A stretch of 64,000 bases of DNA from Saprolegnia diclina VS20 (Eukaryota). The first letter of the stretch is position 1. Every line of letters begins with the position of its first letter. The notes under the pieces were generated by a model. The model made no database searches, was not told where the DNA came from, and saw only the letters and a list, made by a program, of their open reading frames with translations. Location: assembly GCF_000281045.1 (NCBI RefSeq), contig NW_008246077.1, positions 657,264-721,263 of the forward strand, written 5' to 3'. The translations under genes were made by a program, and so were the position numbers. Positions 35,792-48,284 of this stretch are shown one piece after another.

Positions 35792-37252
35792 TTACTTCCA
35801 TTTTTTCTTGTACTCGTCGCTCTCGATGACGCCAAACTTCTTGCCGTCCTTGCGCTTCTCAGGCGCCCAGCCCGCGCCGACGTTGAGTGTCTTGGCCTTC
35901 TTCCCGTCGACTTGAAACTCAGTCCAATTGCCCATGCGCTTCTCGCGCCGGTCGTTCTGCGACCAGTCCTTGTCGTGCTGGTACACGGCGCGTTCCTACA
36001 AGCATTGCAATCGACTAAAAAATATACCAAAGAAACCATACCTTTTCCTTGGCTTCGTCCTCTTGGTCGGCTTCGCGACGGCGCTGGGCGGCCTCCCGCG
36101 CCTCAAAGTTGCGGCGGCGATTCTCAATTTCAGCAAACGCCTTCATGACCGCCTTCTCCTTGACCTCGTCGAGAGGCGGGAGGTCCTTGGCCTTGAACTT
36201 CTTGAGCTTCTTTCGTCGCTCGGCCTCGGCTTCGCTGATGGCGTTTTCGATTGTGCGAACACAGAGCTTGCGCCGGTCTTCGTTGAGCATTTGGTCATGG
36301 GCCTTTTTGATTTCTACGCCAAATAGTATCACTGCGAAACATTAGTGTGAAGTGTAGCGCACCTTCAAACGCTTCGCGGGCGCGCGGGTCGGGGCACTTG
36401 TCCGGATGCACCATGCCCGAGAGCTGCAATACATTCGGATATGAGTCCTTTGTATCAAGTTGATAGATCCACAGACCTTGCGGTAGTGCTGCTTGATGTC
36501 TTCGTCAGTCGCGTCCGTCTCGAGCATGAGCACAAAGAACGGGTTGAGGTTGATCCATTCATGATGGGGCTGCAAGAGGCGCTTGATCTGAAAGTCGGCG
36601 TCAACTAGACACCTCGATATGAGCAACACGTCGGGAAGGGACGGTACATACAAAAGTCGACAATCTTCTTCTCGCGCGGAGCTTCTTCTGGCTTCTTGAC
36701 CGTGTTGGCTTGGTCTTCGAGCTCGTCGACTTCGTTCATGAAGGACGCGAGGAGGTCTTCTTCGGCCTTCTTGGCCGCCTCTTCTTCCTCGCGCTTGAGA
36801 CGAATAGCCTCTCGCTCGGCGTTCTCCTGGCGCAGTCGCTGCGTGTGTTCGTCGGCGACCTTGCGCACGTCCTCGATTGCCTGCGCCAGCGACGCGTTGC
36901 CCGGGTCCTTCTCGAGCCCACGAAAGTACGTGCTCTGCGCAATGTCGAAGCGACCAAGCGCATGCTCGGCAGCGCCCTTGCGGATGTAGCCCTTCCACCA
37001 CTCGGGCTTAGCGGCGATACAGGCCTCGGCGTCGCGCAAGGCCTTGGTCTTCGAGTCGTTGGCCAAGTGGGCGGCGCTGCGGTTGCTCAGGTACACGGCG
37101 TTCGTCGGGTCCAGCTGCAGAGCGCACGTGTAGAGGCGGATAGCCTCGACATAGTTCTTTTCCTTGAGCGCGTCGTTGCCCTGGGCCTTGAAGGCTTCTG
37201 CCTGCGCCAGCGCGGCCTCAAGCGCTTCGTCGACGTGCTCCTTCGCGTCCAT
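35792..37252 (-). CDS. TPR domain fused to a DNAJC8/Spf31-like J-domain protein
   Basis: Three TPRs (FKAQGNDAL, YLSNRSAA, WWKGYIRKG), then QIKRLL...NLNPFFVL, YRKLS..VHPDK and C-terminal REKRMGNW. Confidence 0.88.
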
Positions 37253-37277
37253 CTTCCGCAAACTCGTGGGCCTCCGT

Positions 37278-37340
37278 TGATTGGCCGAAAAGGCCGCTGC
37301 CTCCGATTGGTCCAAATATCTGCGCCCACCGATTGGACCG
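37278..37340. promoter_or_regulatory. Three CCAAT boxes (GATTGG) in a 124-bp bidirectional promoter
   Basis: gattggcc, gattggtc and gattggac lie between the divergent ATGs at 37252 and 37377. Confidence 0.6.
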
Positions 37341-37376
37341 TTCGAAAGATCAAACCAACCACCAGCCAAAGCAAGC

Positions 37377-38702
37377 ATGTCCGACGGAGACAAGCGAGTC
37401 CCGCCGACGCCGACGCGCCTCAAGTACGTCCATGAGACCAGCACGGATCATCGTACTCATATGCAAGTAGCTCCCTGCGCGCGTCCGACGCCAGCGCATC
37501 GGCGGCCAGCTCGGCGGCCGCCCGCCGGGTACATCGACCTCGCTCCATGCACAACATAGCTTGATTGTGCATCTAGTTTGTGCCCCGACCGAGTCAGCGC
37601 CGCAAGGCCGATGGCACCGACGCACCCGAGCCCAAGGTCAAGGCTGAGACGCAAGCCAAGGCCCCGCGCCCGAGCCACGCTGGCCGCGGCGATCGAAAAC
37701 CGGAGCACGGAGGCCGTGGTGGGCGTGGCGGCGCCGACCGCGATGGTGGTCGTGGTCGCGGTGGTCGCGGTGGGCGTGGCCGCGCGCCGCTTCCGATGGG
37801 CCGCGTACGGTGCCTCTTTCGTACGACAACGTTGCTAACCACCACTAGGTTGCCTTTGAAGGGTCCATGGCGGCCGGCTCCTCGGGCACGAGCACATCGA
37901 GCGTCGGCGCCGCCAAGGTGAAGAAACCCGTCTCGTCCGACGCCATTGGTATCAGTGTCTTGGACGAAACCATGGGCAACACGCATTTGGATGTCGAGGA
38001 GCCGATTCAGGTACCACAGTAGCTGTGCGTCGCCAACTCACACGACGGTGCAGTGGCCGCCGGTGATCGAGTCGACGATGCAGCCCATGAGCCTCCCGTT
38101 TGGCCGCCCGCCCAAGCACTTTTCTGTCACGGACGACGAAGCCGGCGGCGCCGTCTTTTGCGACGAAGTACAACCAAACCCTCCACGATCGACGACGCAT
38201 CGACACCATTTGTACATTAGCTCGGCAACTTTATCGTGCAGGACGACGATCTCTTCTTCATCCAGCTGCCGACGACGCTCCCGTATGCGCAGAAAACCGC
38301 CACCGCTGCCAAGGACGACGACGACGCGCCCGTCAAGCCCGCCAACAAGGACGCCGAGGGCCTCGAGCTCTATGACAATGCGCTCAACACGATGCCGAGC
38401 GGGTTCTTGGGCAAGGTGCAGTGCTCTGCCGCCGACTTCGCCGACTCATTTGTGTTGTTAGATTCAAATCCACAAGTCGGGCAAAGCGGTCCTTGTGCTC
38501 GGTGACAAGACGTTTGACATTGCGCCGGCCCAGCCGCCGACGTTCTACGAGGAGGTACACGATGATGACGCGTCCGATGCAATGACGCGACTGGGAAACG
38601 TAGCTCGTCTCGATGGACACGAAGGACCGTCTTCTCTCGCACTTGGGGCCGATCGCCAACCATCTCGTTGTGACACCCGACTTTGAGTCGCTCTTGGCAT
38701 AA
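37377..38702 (+). CDS. POLR3D: RNA polymerase III subunit RPC4/C53
   Basis: Spliced KFVPR N-terminus, RG-rich segment, FFIQLPTTLP, GFLGKIQIHKSGKAVLVLGDKTFDI and HLVVTPDFESLL. Confidence 0.85.
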
Positions 38703-38810
38703 ATACTACCAACAATTTACGATTGGATTTGATTATTTGCCGGACGGAACCCGGACGTGTCGGTTTCGAATTGAGTGTAACGGGGGTAACATCACTATCG
38801 TCCTCGAGAT

Positions 38811-41800
38811 ATGGCCTCGCCCGGCCCACCGCCGATGGGCGCGCCCCAAGGACCGCCGCCAGGTACGACGACGCGGCTACGTCCATAGTGTCATGTACCA
38901 CCAGGTTTGCCACCCGCGCGCGGACCACCAGGTGCGATCTTTGGTTGCTCGCGGCGACACCGAGTGATGGAGTGTTGTAGGCGTTAGTGTCATTGGCGCA
39001 CCGCCTCCAGGTATCTCGTTGCCATGATGCGCAGTCGCATGAGTCGACGTGTACAGGACGAGGACCACCGCCAGGCGCTCCTCCGCCCGGTGTACCGCGA
39101 GGCCCGCCCCCTGGAGGACCTCCAGGAGGACCACCAGGACGAGGCCCGCCACCAGGAGGACCACCAGGACGAGGCCCGCCACCAGGAGGACCACCAGGAN
39201 NNNNNNNNNNNNNNNNNNNNNNNNNNNNNNNNNNNNNNNNNNNNNNNNNNNNNNNNNNNNNNNNNNNNNNNNNNNNNNNNNNNNNNNNNNNNNNNNNNNC
39301 CACCAGGAGGACCACCAGGACGAGGCCCGCCACCAGGAGGACCACCAGGAAGAGGGCCTCCGCCGGGTGGACCTCCAGGAATGCAGCCACGAGGACCACC
39401 ACCCGGAGGCCCACCAGGAATGCCACCGCGAGGACCCCCGCCTGGCGGCCCGCCAGGAGGACCACCGCGAGGACCACCACCGGGTGGACCACCAGGAGGA
39501 CCACCGCGAGGACCACCACCAGGCGGTCCACCAGGGGCCATGCCTGGTGGACCACCACGGGGCCCACCACCAGGAGGTCCACCAGGAATGCCACCGCGAG
39601 GCCCGCCGCCAGGAGGCCCGCCTGGAGTACCGCAACAAGGAGGACCACCCGGAGGCCCACCGCCAGGTATTGTCTCTGCACCATGGCGCAATACTCGAAG
39701 TTGGTATCGACAACTCGCTGTAGGCATGCCCATGATGGGTCGACCGCCGCCACCTGGTTGAAACCTTTTTGCAAGCACTAGGACACTAATTTAGTCTTGA
39801 CGTAGGAGCACCTCCAGGGGGTATGCCTCGAGGTGCGAAGCGCCGTCGTAGTGCTTCTAGAACGCCTCAAACTTGCTTATGCAGGGCCTCCGCCTGGAGG
39901 ACCACCAGGAATGCCACCGCGAGGTCCACCGGGTGCGCCGCCTGGGATGCCACCAAGAGGTCCACCAGGTATGCCACCGGGTATGCCACCCCGGGGTCCG
40001 CCTGGCATGCCGCCACGAGGCCCGCCTGGTACGTTGCAATATACGCTGAGGGGGTGGATAAATTTCATCAAAAACAGGTGCACCACCGGGAATGATGCCA
40101 CGAGGCCCACCAGGTATCGACTGATCCAAGCCCAAACATAAATTGAACGCACGCATGTAGGAATGCCACCGGGCATGATGCCACGCGGTCCACCAGGTAG
40201 ACTCTCCCACCTGCTTCTAGCTTCTCTTCCTAACCTAAATATGGCGTAGGAGGGCCACCAGGTTTGATACACGTGGTGTCTTCTAGTTGCTCACTCTTTT
40301 GAAGGCATGCCAGGTCGTGGTCCGCCTCGCGGTCCACCAGGTTGCCACGTCAGTTTTGCGAGTTGCAACGCTCACGACCTTGTTTCCGTAGGTCCTCCCG
40401 GCATGCGACCCCCAGGCATGCCAGGAATGCCGCCGGGACCCGGTACTTCATTTTTGAAATGCAAAGGTGGGTATGAAAGGGTATCGTAGGCGGTCCACCT
40501 GGTGCCGTGCCTCGCTTCGGGAAGCTCTCGGTGAAGCTGCTAAAGGGCCTCGAGCTCATGAGTCTTGGGGCGCTTCAGACGGCCGACCCGTACGCCAAGC
40601 TCACGATCGGAACCCAGAGCTTCCAGACCAAGGCACTTCAAGTTGATTCAAGTCGTAATGGTCACGGTGGTATTTCTGTAGGTCCACGAAAAAGGGGGAA
40701 AGAACCCGACGTGGAACGAGTCGTTCGAGTTTAGCATCTCAACCGAGAAGGAGCTCATCATCGAGCTGTTCGATAAGGAGCAGAACGGCAGCGACCGCGC
40801 CATGGGCAAAACAACAGTCCGCAACCAAATGACCAAACCCGAGTTTTCCACCGACACTTTAGGTCGACTTGATTCCATGGATCGCCAAAGGCAGCTTCGA
40901 AGGCGATATTGACGTCAAGGACAACGACCAAGACGCGGGCAAGGTGTCTCTTGTCGTACAATTCACAAAGCCGGTGGTCGGTCCACCAGGTACAAGCTGC
41001 CCGCCCATACACTCCTTGTACGACACGAGCAATGTAGGAGCGATGCGCACACCGCCGCAGATGGGCGCGATGACGCCGCCCGTAGCTGGCGCGCCGCCAG
41101 CCGCCCCCACAGAGCCTCCGCGTGACCCGAACGGCAAGTTTAGTGACAGCGAAATCCTCGAGGTACACGGGTGCTCTTTGTATCAATGTATCAAGCGAGC
41201 GTAGGCGTTTCGCGCCTTTGACTTGGACCACAACAACTATGTGGGCGCGGCCGAGATTCGGCACGTGCTCATCAACATTGGCGAGTCGCCCACGGACGAG
41301 GAGGTCGATGAGATGATTCGCATGGTCGACCTCGACGGCGATGGCCAAGTGTCGTTTGACGAATTCTACAAGATGGTCACGGGCGGGAAGGAGCCGCCGT
41401 CCGGTCTCTTTGTGGCGGCCGGCGACGGCGAAGTCGCTGCAATTGGTACAGTGTACGACACGAGCTCCCAGCTGACGTTGTGTTTAGCAACGGGTGCGGG
41501 CGCTGCGTCGTCGATCCAGCTACGCAATGAGCGCAAGAACATTCTCGAGGAGTTTGCGCAAGACAACAACATCAAGCCCGAGTCGGTCAAGAAGGCGTAC
41601 AAGCGCTTCCAAGCCACCGATAAGGACGGGTCCGGGCAGATCGACTACACGGAATTCTGCGAAATCATGCTCGTGGACCCGTCGCCGCAGTGTGAAAAGC
41701 TCTTCCAGCTCTTTGACAACGACAAGGTTGGGCGCATCGACGTGCGCGAGGTACGAATGTTTGTGTTCGAAACCTATTGTGGACCGGCTGTCTTGTAGTT

Positions 41801-42143
41801 TATGATCAGTCTCTCCAACTTTACGGGCGCTGAGAAGGAAGAGAAACTCAAGTTTGCCTTTATGATCTTTGATGAAGATGGCAACGGCGTCTTGACCAAG
41901 CAAGAGCTCATGCGCATCTTGAAGGCGAATCACATGGCCTCCAACGAGTCCGAGGTAGACGCATTTGTGTTGCGAGAGACGTTGCGAATGCGGTGGTAGG
42001 TCGCACGAAAAGCAGACACAATCATGTCCCAAGGCGACAAGGACGGCGACGGCGTCATTTCGTTTGACGAATTTGCTCTCGTGAGCAAGAAGTTTCCCAA
42101 CATTCTCTTTCCCGCTTACACTCTCACGCAACAAGCTGTATAA
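38811..42143 (+). CDS. Pro/Gly-rich repeat protein with a C2 domain and multiple EF-hands
   Basis: PPG repeats on many micro-exons. C2 domain ([29 protein letters not shown]). EF loops [40 protein letters not shown] and DKDGDGVI. Confidence 0.88.
39057..39666. repeat. GC-rich coding tandem repeats (30-bp [10 protein letters not shown] unit and variants) containing a 100-N gap at 39200-39299
   Basis: ccaggaggaccaccaggacgaggcccgcca is repeated on both sides of the gap. Confidence 0.9.
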
Positions 42144-42225
42144 AGCTCTCACAGCAACACAACAACATCTATCTAGCCACGTCCTCGTAAACAGCAATAT
42201 GAACAATAACGTCATGTATTGTCAT

Positions 42226-42929
42226 NNNNNNNNNNNNNNNNNNNNNNNNNNNNNNNNNNNNNNNNNNNNNNNNNNNNNNNNNNNNNNNNNNNNNNNNNNN
42301 NNNNNNNNNNNNNNNNNNNNNNNNNNNNNNNNNNNNNNNNNNNNNNNNNNNNNNNNNNNNNNNNNNNNNNNNNNNNNNNNNNNNNNNNNNNNNNNNNNNN
42401 NNNNNNNNNNNNNNNNNNNNNNNNNNNNNNNNNNNNNNNNNNNNNNNNNNNNNNNNNNNNNNNNNNNNNNNNNNNNNNNNNNNNNNNNNNNNNNNNNNNN
42501 NNNNNNNNNNNNNNNNNNNNNNNNNNNNNNNNNNNNNNNNNNNNNNNNNNNNNNNNNNNNNNNNNNNNNNNNNNNNNNNNNNNNNNNNNNNNNNNNNNNN
42601 NNNNNNNNNNNNNNNNNNNNNNNNNNNNNNNNNNNNNNNNNNNNNNNNNNNNNNNNNNNNNNNNNNNNNNNNNNNNNNNNNNNNNNNNNNNNNNNNNNNN
42701 NNNNNNNNNNNNNNNNNNNNNNNNNNNNNNNNNNNNNNNNNNNNNNNNNNNNNNNNNNNNNNNNNNNNNNNNNNNNNNNNNNNNNNNNNNNNNNNNNNNN
42801 NNNNNNNNNNNNNNNNNNNNNNNNNNNNNNNNNNNNNNNNNNNNNNNNNNNNNNNNNNNNNNNNNNNNNNNNNNNNNNNNNNNNNNNNNNNNNNNNNNNN
42901 NNNNNNNNNNNNNNNNNNNNNNNNNNNNN
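42226..42929. other. Assembly gap
   Basis: Run of N. Confidence 1.
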
Positions 42930-43053
42930 GACTCGCACATGATTGGTCTAAATTCCTAACCAAAGAGCCAATTAAAGGCTCAAACCAAGAGTCCGGTTAA
43001 TGCATGTTTAGTATCCGTAAAAGGCGCGATATGATTGTTGGTTTGGACGCGCG

Positions 43054-44048
43054 ATGTTGCTCCTGCAAAGATACGCCGGCCGGGCCGTGCCGCGCTGGCC
43101 GACGTCTGTGCTTGGTGCGCTGTCGCTTCCAAGCGCCTTGAGCTTCCGGTCGTTTAGCGCTCCGGGCGCAGACACGGACCTCGTACGCCTCAGCAAGCTC
43201 ATGTCCATGAAAGGTGCAACGCGCCATCAACATCGACACTCACATGCTATCAACGTTAGGCATTTGCTCGCGCCGCGAGGCCGACAACTACATTCAGAGT
43301 GGCAACGTTCGCGTCAATGGCGAGATTGTACGTACTCCGTACCAGATCGCATCTAACTCGGGTGTAGGTTGCCGAACTCGGCTCCAAAGTCCACCCATCG
43401 AGCACGATTGAGCTTAGCCGCGATGCCAACACACACCGGAAGAGCAAGGTCACTGTGATCCTCAACAAACCGCTCAACCTCGTCTCGTCGCAGCCTGAGA
43501 ATGGCCATGCGCCCGCGATCAAGCTCTTGTCCCCCGAGAACGAGTTCAAGGAGCTGAGCGTCCAGCAGCCGTTCCTTCTCGATGGCCCGATGAAGATGAA
43601 CGTCGAGCGCTTTGGGCCGCTGGCGTTACCAAAGATGGCAGTCTGTGGCCGCCTCGACGTCAACTCGACCGGTCTCCTTATCTTTACGCAAGACGGCACA
43701 CTCGCCAAGTCGATTCTGGACCCGGAAGGCGGTGTCGAGAAAGAGTACCTCGTGCGCGTCAATTTGAGTTTGGACGAGAAGGACCGGGCGACGCAAGTCA
43801 AGGTGCAAAAGCTACGGGACGGTATCTACATTGAAGGTGTCCTCTTCAGTGCCAAGAAGGTCGAAATCATCAACGAAAACCAGCTGCGCGTGATCCTCAC
43901 CGAAGGCAAACACCGCCAAATTCGCCGCATGTGCGAGCAGGTCGGGCTCAAGGTCGTCGCGCTCAAGCGCGTGCGCATTGGCAACATCAAGCTGCGAACG
44001 CTCCCGGTCGGCAAGTGGCGGTATCTCCAGTCGTTTGACAAGTTGTAA
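43054..44048 (+). CDS. RsuA/RluB/RluF-family pseudouridine synthase with S4 domain, probably mitochondrial
   Basis: RLSKLMS-GICSRREAD, LNKP, GRLD..STGLLIFTQDG, EKEYLV, LTEGKHRQIRRM and LKRVRIG. Presequence-like N-terminus. Confidence 0.93.
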
Positions 44049-44079
44049 TAACTTGTGTATTGTATTGTGGAGAGCTTGT

Positions 44080-44928
44080 CTACTCTTCGTCATCAAAATA
44101 CGCATCGTGCGCGTCCCGTGTGAGCGCCGTAAAGTCATCGTACGCGATGCTGTCGTCCACTTCGTCGTACTTGGTGAAGCCCACATCGAGACCTTGGAGA
44201 AAGCGCTGGCACATGACGTCGACGAGCTGCTGCCGCCGCTCCTCGATACTGAGCTGATCCATTTCGTCGTCGTCATCGTAGACCATGCCCTGCGGATCTG
44301 CTGCCACGTCGTCCATCGAATCGTCTTGCGCTTCGTCGTCACTGTCCGAGTCGAATTCTTCTTCAAAGCTACCATGGTTGTTCAGGGCAGGCTCTTTGAT
44401 GGGCGCCGGTCGATGGTGCCGCATCATTCTACGCTCCAAGATGAGGCGACCGGTTTTCATACAGTAGGCAATCGTGTACCCCCATGCGCTTTCTTCCTCT
44501 TCCTTCCTTGCTTCGAGCGCTTGCTTGTCCATGGACGCCATCAAGAAGGTTGAGAGCGACTACATCGCCTGAGCTCCTTTGTGCAAACGATGGCAGCAGC
44601 GTACCGCTGGCTCGGCCCGCGCCGAGGTGTTGGGCGGAATGTACCGACCGAGGTGGAAGTGAAACAAACTCGGGCTGCGCCGCTCCATGTTCTCGTCCGA
44701 AAAGTAGTTGGACGTCCGCAGCAGCTCTTGGAGCTTGCAGTACCGGCGGTTCTTTATCCTCGCGTCGAGGCCGGGCGCGAGCCGTCGCTGGAAGTCGCGC
44801 GCAGTCGCCACCGGCTCGCGGCTCGGTGCAGCCTGCAGCGTCCGCATGTAGGCGTCCAGCGGGTCTTCGTCTTCAATGTCGTCTTCCATGCCCATCGAGG
44901 TGAGGCCGTCCATGAGCAGATCGGCCAT
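44080..44928 (-). CDS. CCDC97: Coiled-coil domain-containing protein 97-like (DUF2052)
   Basis: IKNRRY, YFSDENMERRSPSLF, MCQRFLQGLD and YDEVDD...DAYFDDEE. Confidence 0.85.
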
Positions 44929-45035
44929 TGCTGCAGGGCGAATGCGAAAATGCAACCGAGCAATCCGGATAATACGCATGTATCCGGTCACATTGCGATA
45001 ACCGCGGCCAAGTGCAATTTTGGAGGGAACGTGAT

Positions 45036-46703
45036 ATGGTGCTGCATGCGGCCGTCGCCCGCGCGCTCGACGCCTTCGCCACGCAGATGCGGTGCCCGAT
45101 CTGCCTCGAGGCGCTTAGCCGGCCTTTCTCGCTGCCATGCAACCACTTCTTCTGCGAGGCCTGCATCCACACGGCGCTAGGCTTTGCGACCACCTGCCCT
45201 GTCTGCAAGGCCATGGTGCGCAAGCGGACGCTGCGCCACGATACCTCGGTGCAGCGCATCCAAGACGCGCTGCAAAAGCTCATGGCCATGCGACCAGCGA
45301 TCGAAGCGCCAGTGCCGGCGGTGACAGTGCCCACGAGTATATGCATCGACCTCTGCAGCGAAGAGTCGGAGTACGAGCAGTCCAACTCGGTCACACAGGC
45401 GACGCAAATCGACGCGCCACCCCTCGTACCTGTCGTCGCGCCCGAGACAGAGGTGCATAATGCGATCCTCTCGCCCGAGAGGCCGCCGCAAACTGAAGTG
45501 TTCACTGGCGGCCAAGTCGTCGAAGTCAGCGCGCGCACGTGGCCCGGCATCAACAAGCTCGGTGGCACGGCGTGGATCGTCCGTCGCAACGACGGTATCT
45601 CTCAACCTTGCCAACGCAATTTGTCGATTGGTTTATGGGTGTAGATGGCACGTACAACGTCAAGTACGTCTTGGGCGGCCGCGAAGGTCGCGTCGATCCG
45701 GTTTACATTCGAAGTGCTGGCACAAGCAACAACGACAACAACAGCAGCGACGACGCAAGGACCTCTCCTGCGCCCTCCTCAGCACGAACGATACCATCTC
45801 GGAAGCGCCTGTCGCCAGCAATCGAGAGTCCTCCGCCGGCAGCGCCCAAGAAAGCGAAAAAGGCCGTCCACATCCGCGAAGCGCTCGTGTTTCTCTGCTC
45901 GGGCCTCAACCACGATGAGAAGACGCTCGTCGAGTCGTGCGCGCAGCTCGTGGGCGCGACGACGGTGCACGAATGGACCGAGTCGGTCACGCACGTGATT
46001 GTCAAGTGCCAGCACGCAGCGCCGATGCGCCAGAAGCTCCAGCTGTCGGATAAAGTCAATCGTTGGGTCAAGATCCGGTCCATCAAGTACCTCAAAGCCG
46101 TCGTGTCGGGTCGCTGGATCGTCAGCGATGCATGGATTCAAGGTCCCTTTTTCATCGCCTTCTCCACTCATGGGACTGACGTACGGTAGCGTGCGTCAAG
46201 GCAAAGGGACTCGTGAGCGAAGAGACGTACGAAGTCCAGGGGCTGCTGAAAGTGCAGCATGTGCCCGAGATTGCCAAGAAGGCGCGCCTCCTCCGCCAAG
46301 CCAACCTCGCGACGGTACGTGAAGCGTTCACTGTCTATCGAGTTGACCAATGTTTCTGGGTCAGGCCACGGGCGTGCCGAGTGCCGTCGGGACACGCCTC
46401 TTTGCCTCGCTTGTGTGCGTCGTATACGGCAACTTTGCCTCGCCACTCCCCCCAAAGCATGAAATTGGGTCCCTCGTTCGCCTCGGTGACGGTACTATCG
46501 TTTCCAGCCTCGACGACCTTGTCAAGGCGGCGGCGCAGACCTCGAGCCGGACGTGCGTCGTGATTGTAGAGGCCATGGACGTTGTGCTGCCACTCCCAAC
46601 AACAGCGGCCGGCCTCACCATCTACGCGGTCGGGTACGAGTGGGTCCTCGACTCAGTGAGCGAGTGTGCGCTCAAGCCCCTCGCCCACTTGCTTCAAACC
46701 TAG
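45036..46703 (+). CDS. BRCA1/BARD1-like protein: RING, Tudor-like domain, tandem BRCT
   Basis: C3HC4 RING CPIC...PCNHFFC..C...CPVC. BRCT motifs LCSGL, VTHVIV, RSIKYLKAV..GRWIV..WI and EWVLDSVS. Confidence 0.85.
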
Positions 46704-46756
46704 CGTTCTTGTACCTACATATATGGTATCAACTTGATAGTGTCGAAACGGTTCCT

Positions 46757-46770
46757 TCAGTTTGCAATTG
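46757..46770 (+). promoter_or_regulatory. Oomycete INR/FPR-like core promoter element
   Basis: TCAGTTTGCAATTG lies immediately upstream of the ATG at 46772 and resembles TCAYTY..CAWTT. Confidence 0.45.
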
Positions 46771-46771
46771 T

Positions 46772-47923
46772 ATGTGGAGTTACACGTACAACGGACGCCG
46801 CAGTGCGTTCGGTGACGCCCAGCGTATCTTCTTCTCGGCCGCGAGCAACGACAGTGGCAAGCGCGCACTGGCGACAGCGCTCGAGAGAGGCACGCGGAGT
46901 ATATATATCGGCGCCCCCGACGACGCCCCCCAGCTCGCCAAAGGTCCTCAAACCGGATGGGAGCCAACTTATCACGGATGCTCTAGTCAAAAAGGCCATT
47001 CGAGACGTAGTCGCCACGACTATACTGCGACGTGACGAACTTAGCATCGTGTGCGAGTGCAGCCACTTGTGGAACCCGACAGCGCTACGAACAAAGGTCG
47101 TCGACCTTCTCGCCAAGCTCGACGTTGCGTACTTGGATGGGCTGTTGTTGCCAGCGAGCTTGCTCCCGCCGTTCGAGACGGTATTGATCATGTTGTCGAT
47201 ACCCAAGTGGATCACGCGCGTAGCAACTTTGTGTCGATGAGCTCGAGCACGGATGGCGCCAGCTGGTGGAGATGCGCAACGAAGGGCTAGTCAAGCGCAT
47301 TGGCGTCAGCGACTTTCCAGTCGTCTTCCTCGAAGTGCTTTTCGACCGCTTTCCGACCGACCGCGTCGAGATTATCTGCTTGAGTGTGCACCCACTCCAG
47401 CCGCAACGCCACGTCATTCGGTTTGCTCATGCAAAGCAATTGGACGTGCTGGCTCGATGTCCCACCGCACTGCCCGACACGGTCGCGTATGCCGATCGCG
47501 AGCGCTGGCTGCAGCTCGCAGCGTCCATCGCAGTTTCCCACGCATCGCTAACGTTCAAGTACACGCTGCCGTCCGAGACGGTGCAAGCCGACACGGCAGT
47601 TGCGGTGCTGTCGCCCCCCGTTGACGCCAGCGTGCCGATGCTACCCCTCAAGGTGTGATTCATCAAGCTCCAGAAACTTGACCAGAAGGATGCATTAGAC
47701 GCCAAGCCAAGTGGCCGTCAAGTGGCTTCTTCAGCGAGGTCTCGTGTGCGTGCCGATGGTCGAAGGCGACGAGCCGTACTCGGACGAAAACGTCGCAGAT
47801 CTCTTTAGCCTCACACACCCCTTCGTGCACGATGTGGCCAGCGCCGCCCCGTCCAAGCCGTACCAGTTCATTCTCTCCAAAGACGAAATGGTCGCGATCG
47901 GGCATCTTGGCGCCCCCCACTAA
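46772..47923 (+). CDS. Aldo-keto reductase-fold protein, catalytically degenerate
   Basis: RRDELSI, LAKLDVAYLDGLLL, EGLVKRIGVSDF, HPLQPQ, QVAVKWLLQRG and ILSKDEM. Confidence 0.75.
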
Positions 47924-48284
47924 AGCTAGATGCTATTTCAAATCCTCTAATGATATCTACACAACGAAAGCTATCTCGAATTCCACAGATACGTTTGCCA
48001 AATGTATAGCATTGTCATTTGGCAATGCGTTGATACCGCCGCCGTCTTCGGCTCGTTTTGAGCCGATTAGGTGACAGCGGACAAAGCGCTCTATAGTCGA
48101 TAGGGCTGCGAGGAAGGTGCAAGGCCTGTGGTGCCAACTAGTGGTTGTACCGACTCCAACAACTCCCTGTCGAACGTTTGCTCTGGACGATCCTGTCAAC
48201 GTAACGCTATGGTCACGTTGGTGGCGCCATCTTGCGGGGTCCGTTTTTCGTTACCCAAAATATCCACAACCAAGACAGTTCATC

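Noticed and set aside
38545..39781. Long alternative-frame and antisense ORFs (Trp/Ser-, Thr/Arg- and His/Gln-rich) over the PPG repeats
   Set aside because: They are by-products of a stop-free GC repeat and an N gap. Splice signals support only the plus-strand Pro/Gly frame.
40633..40681. Second GC-AG intron in the C2 domain
   Set aside because: An in-frame GT donor 9 nt downstream is also possible, so this cannot be resolved from sequence alone.
42169..42963. ORFs made of X residues
   Set aside because: They are artefacts of translating the assembly gap.
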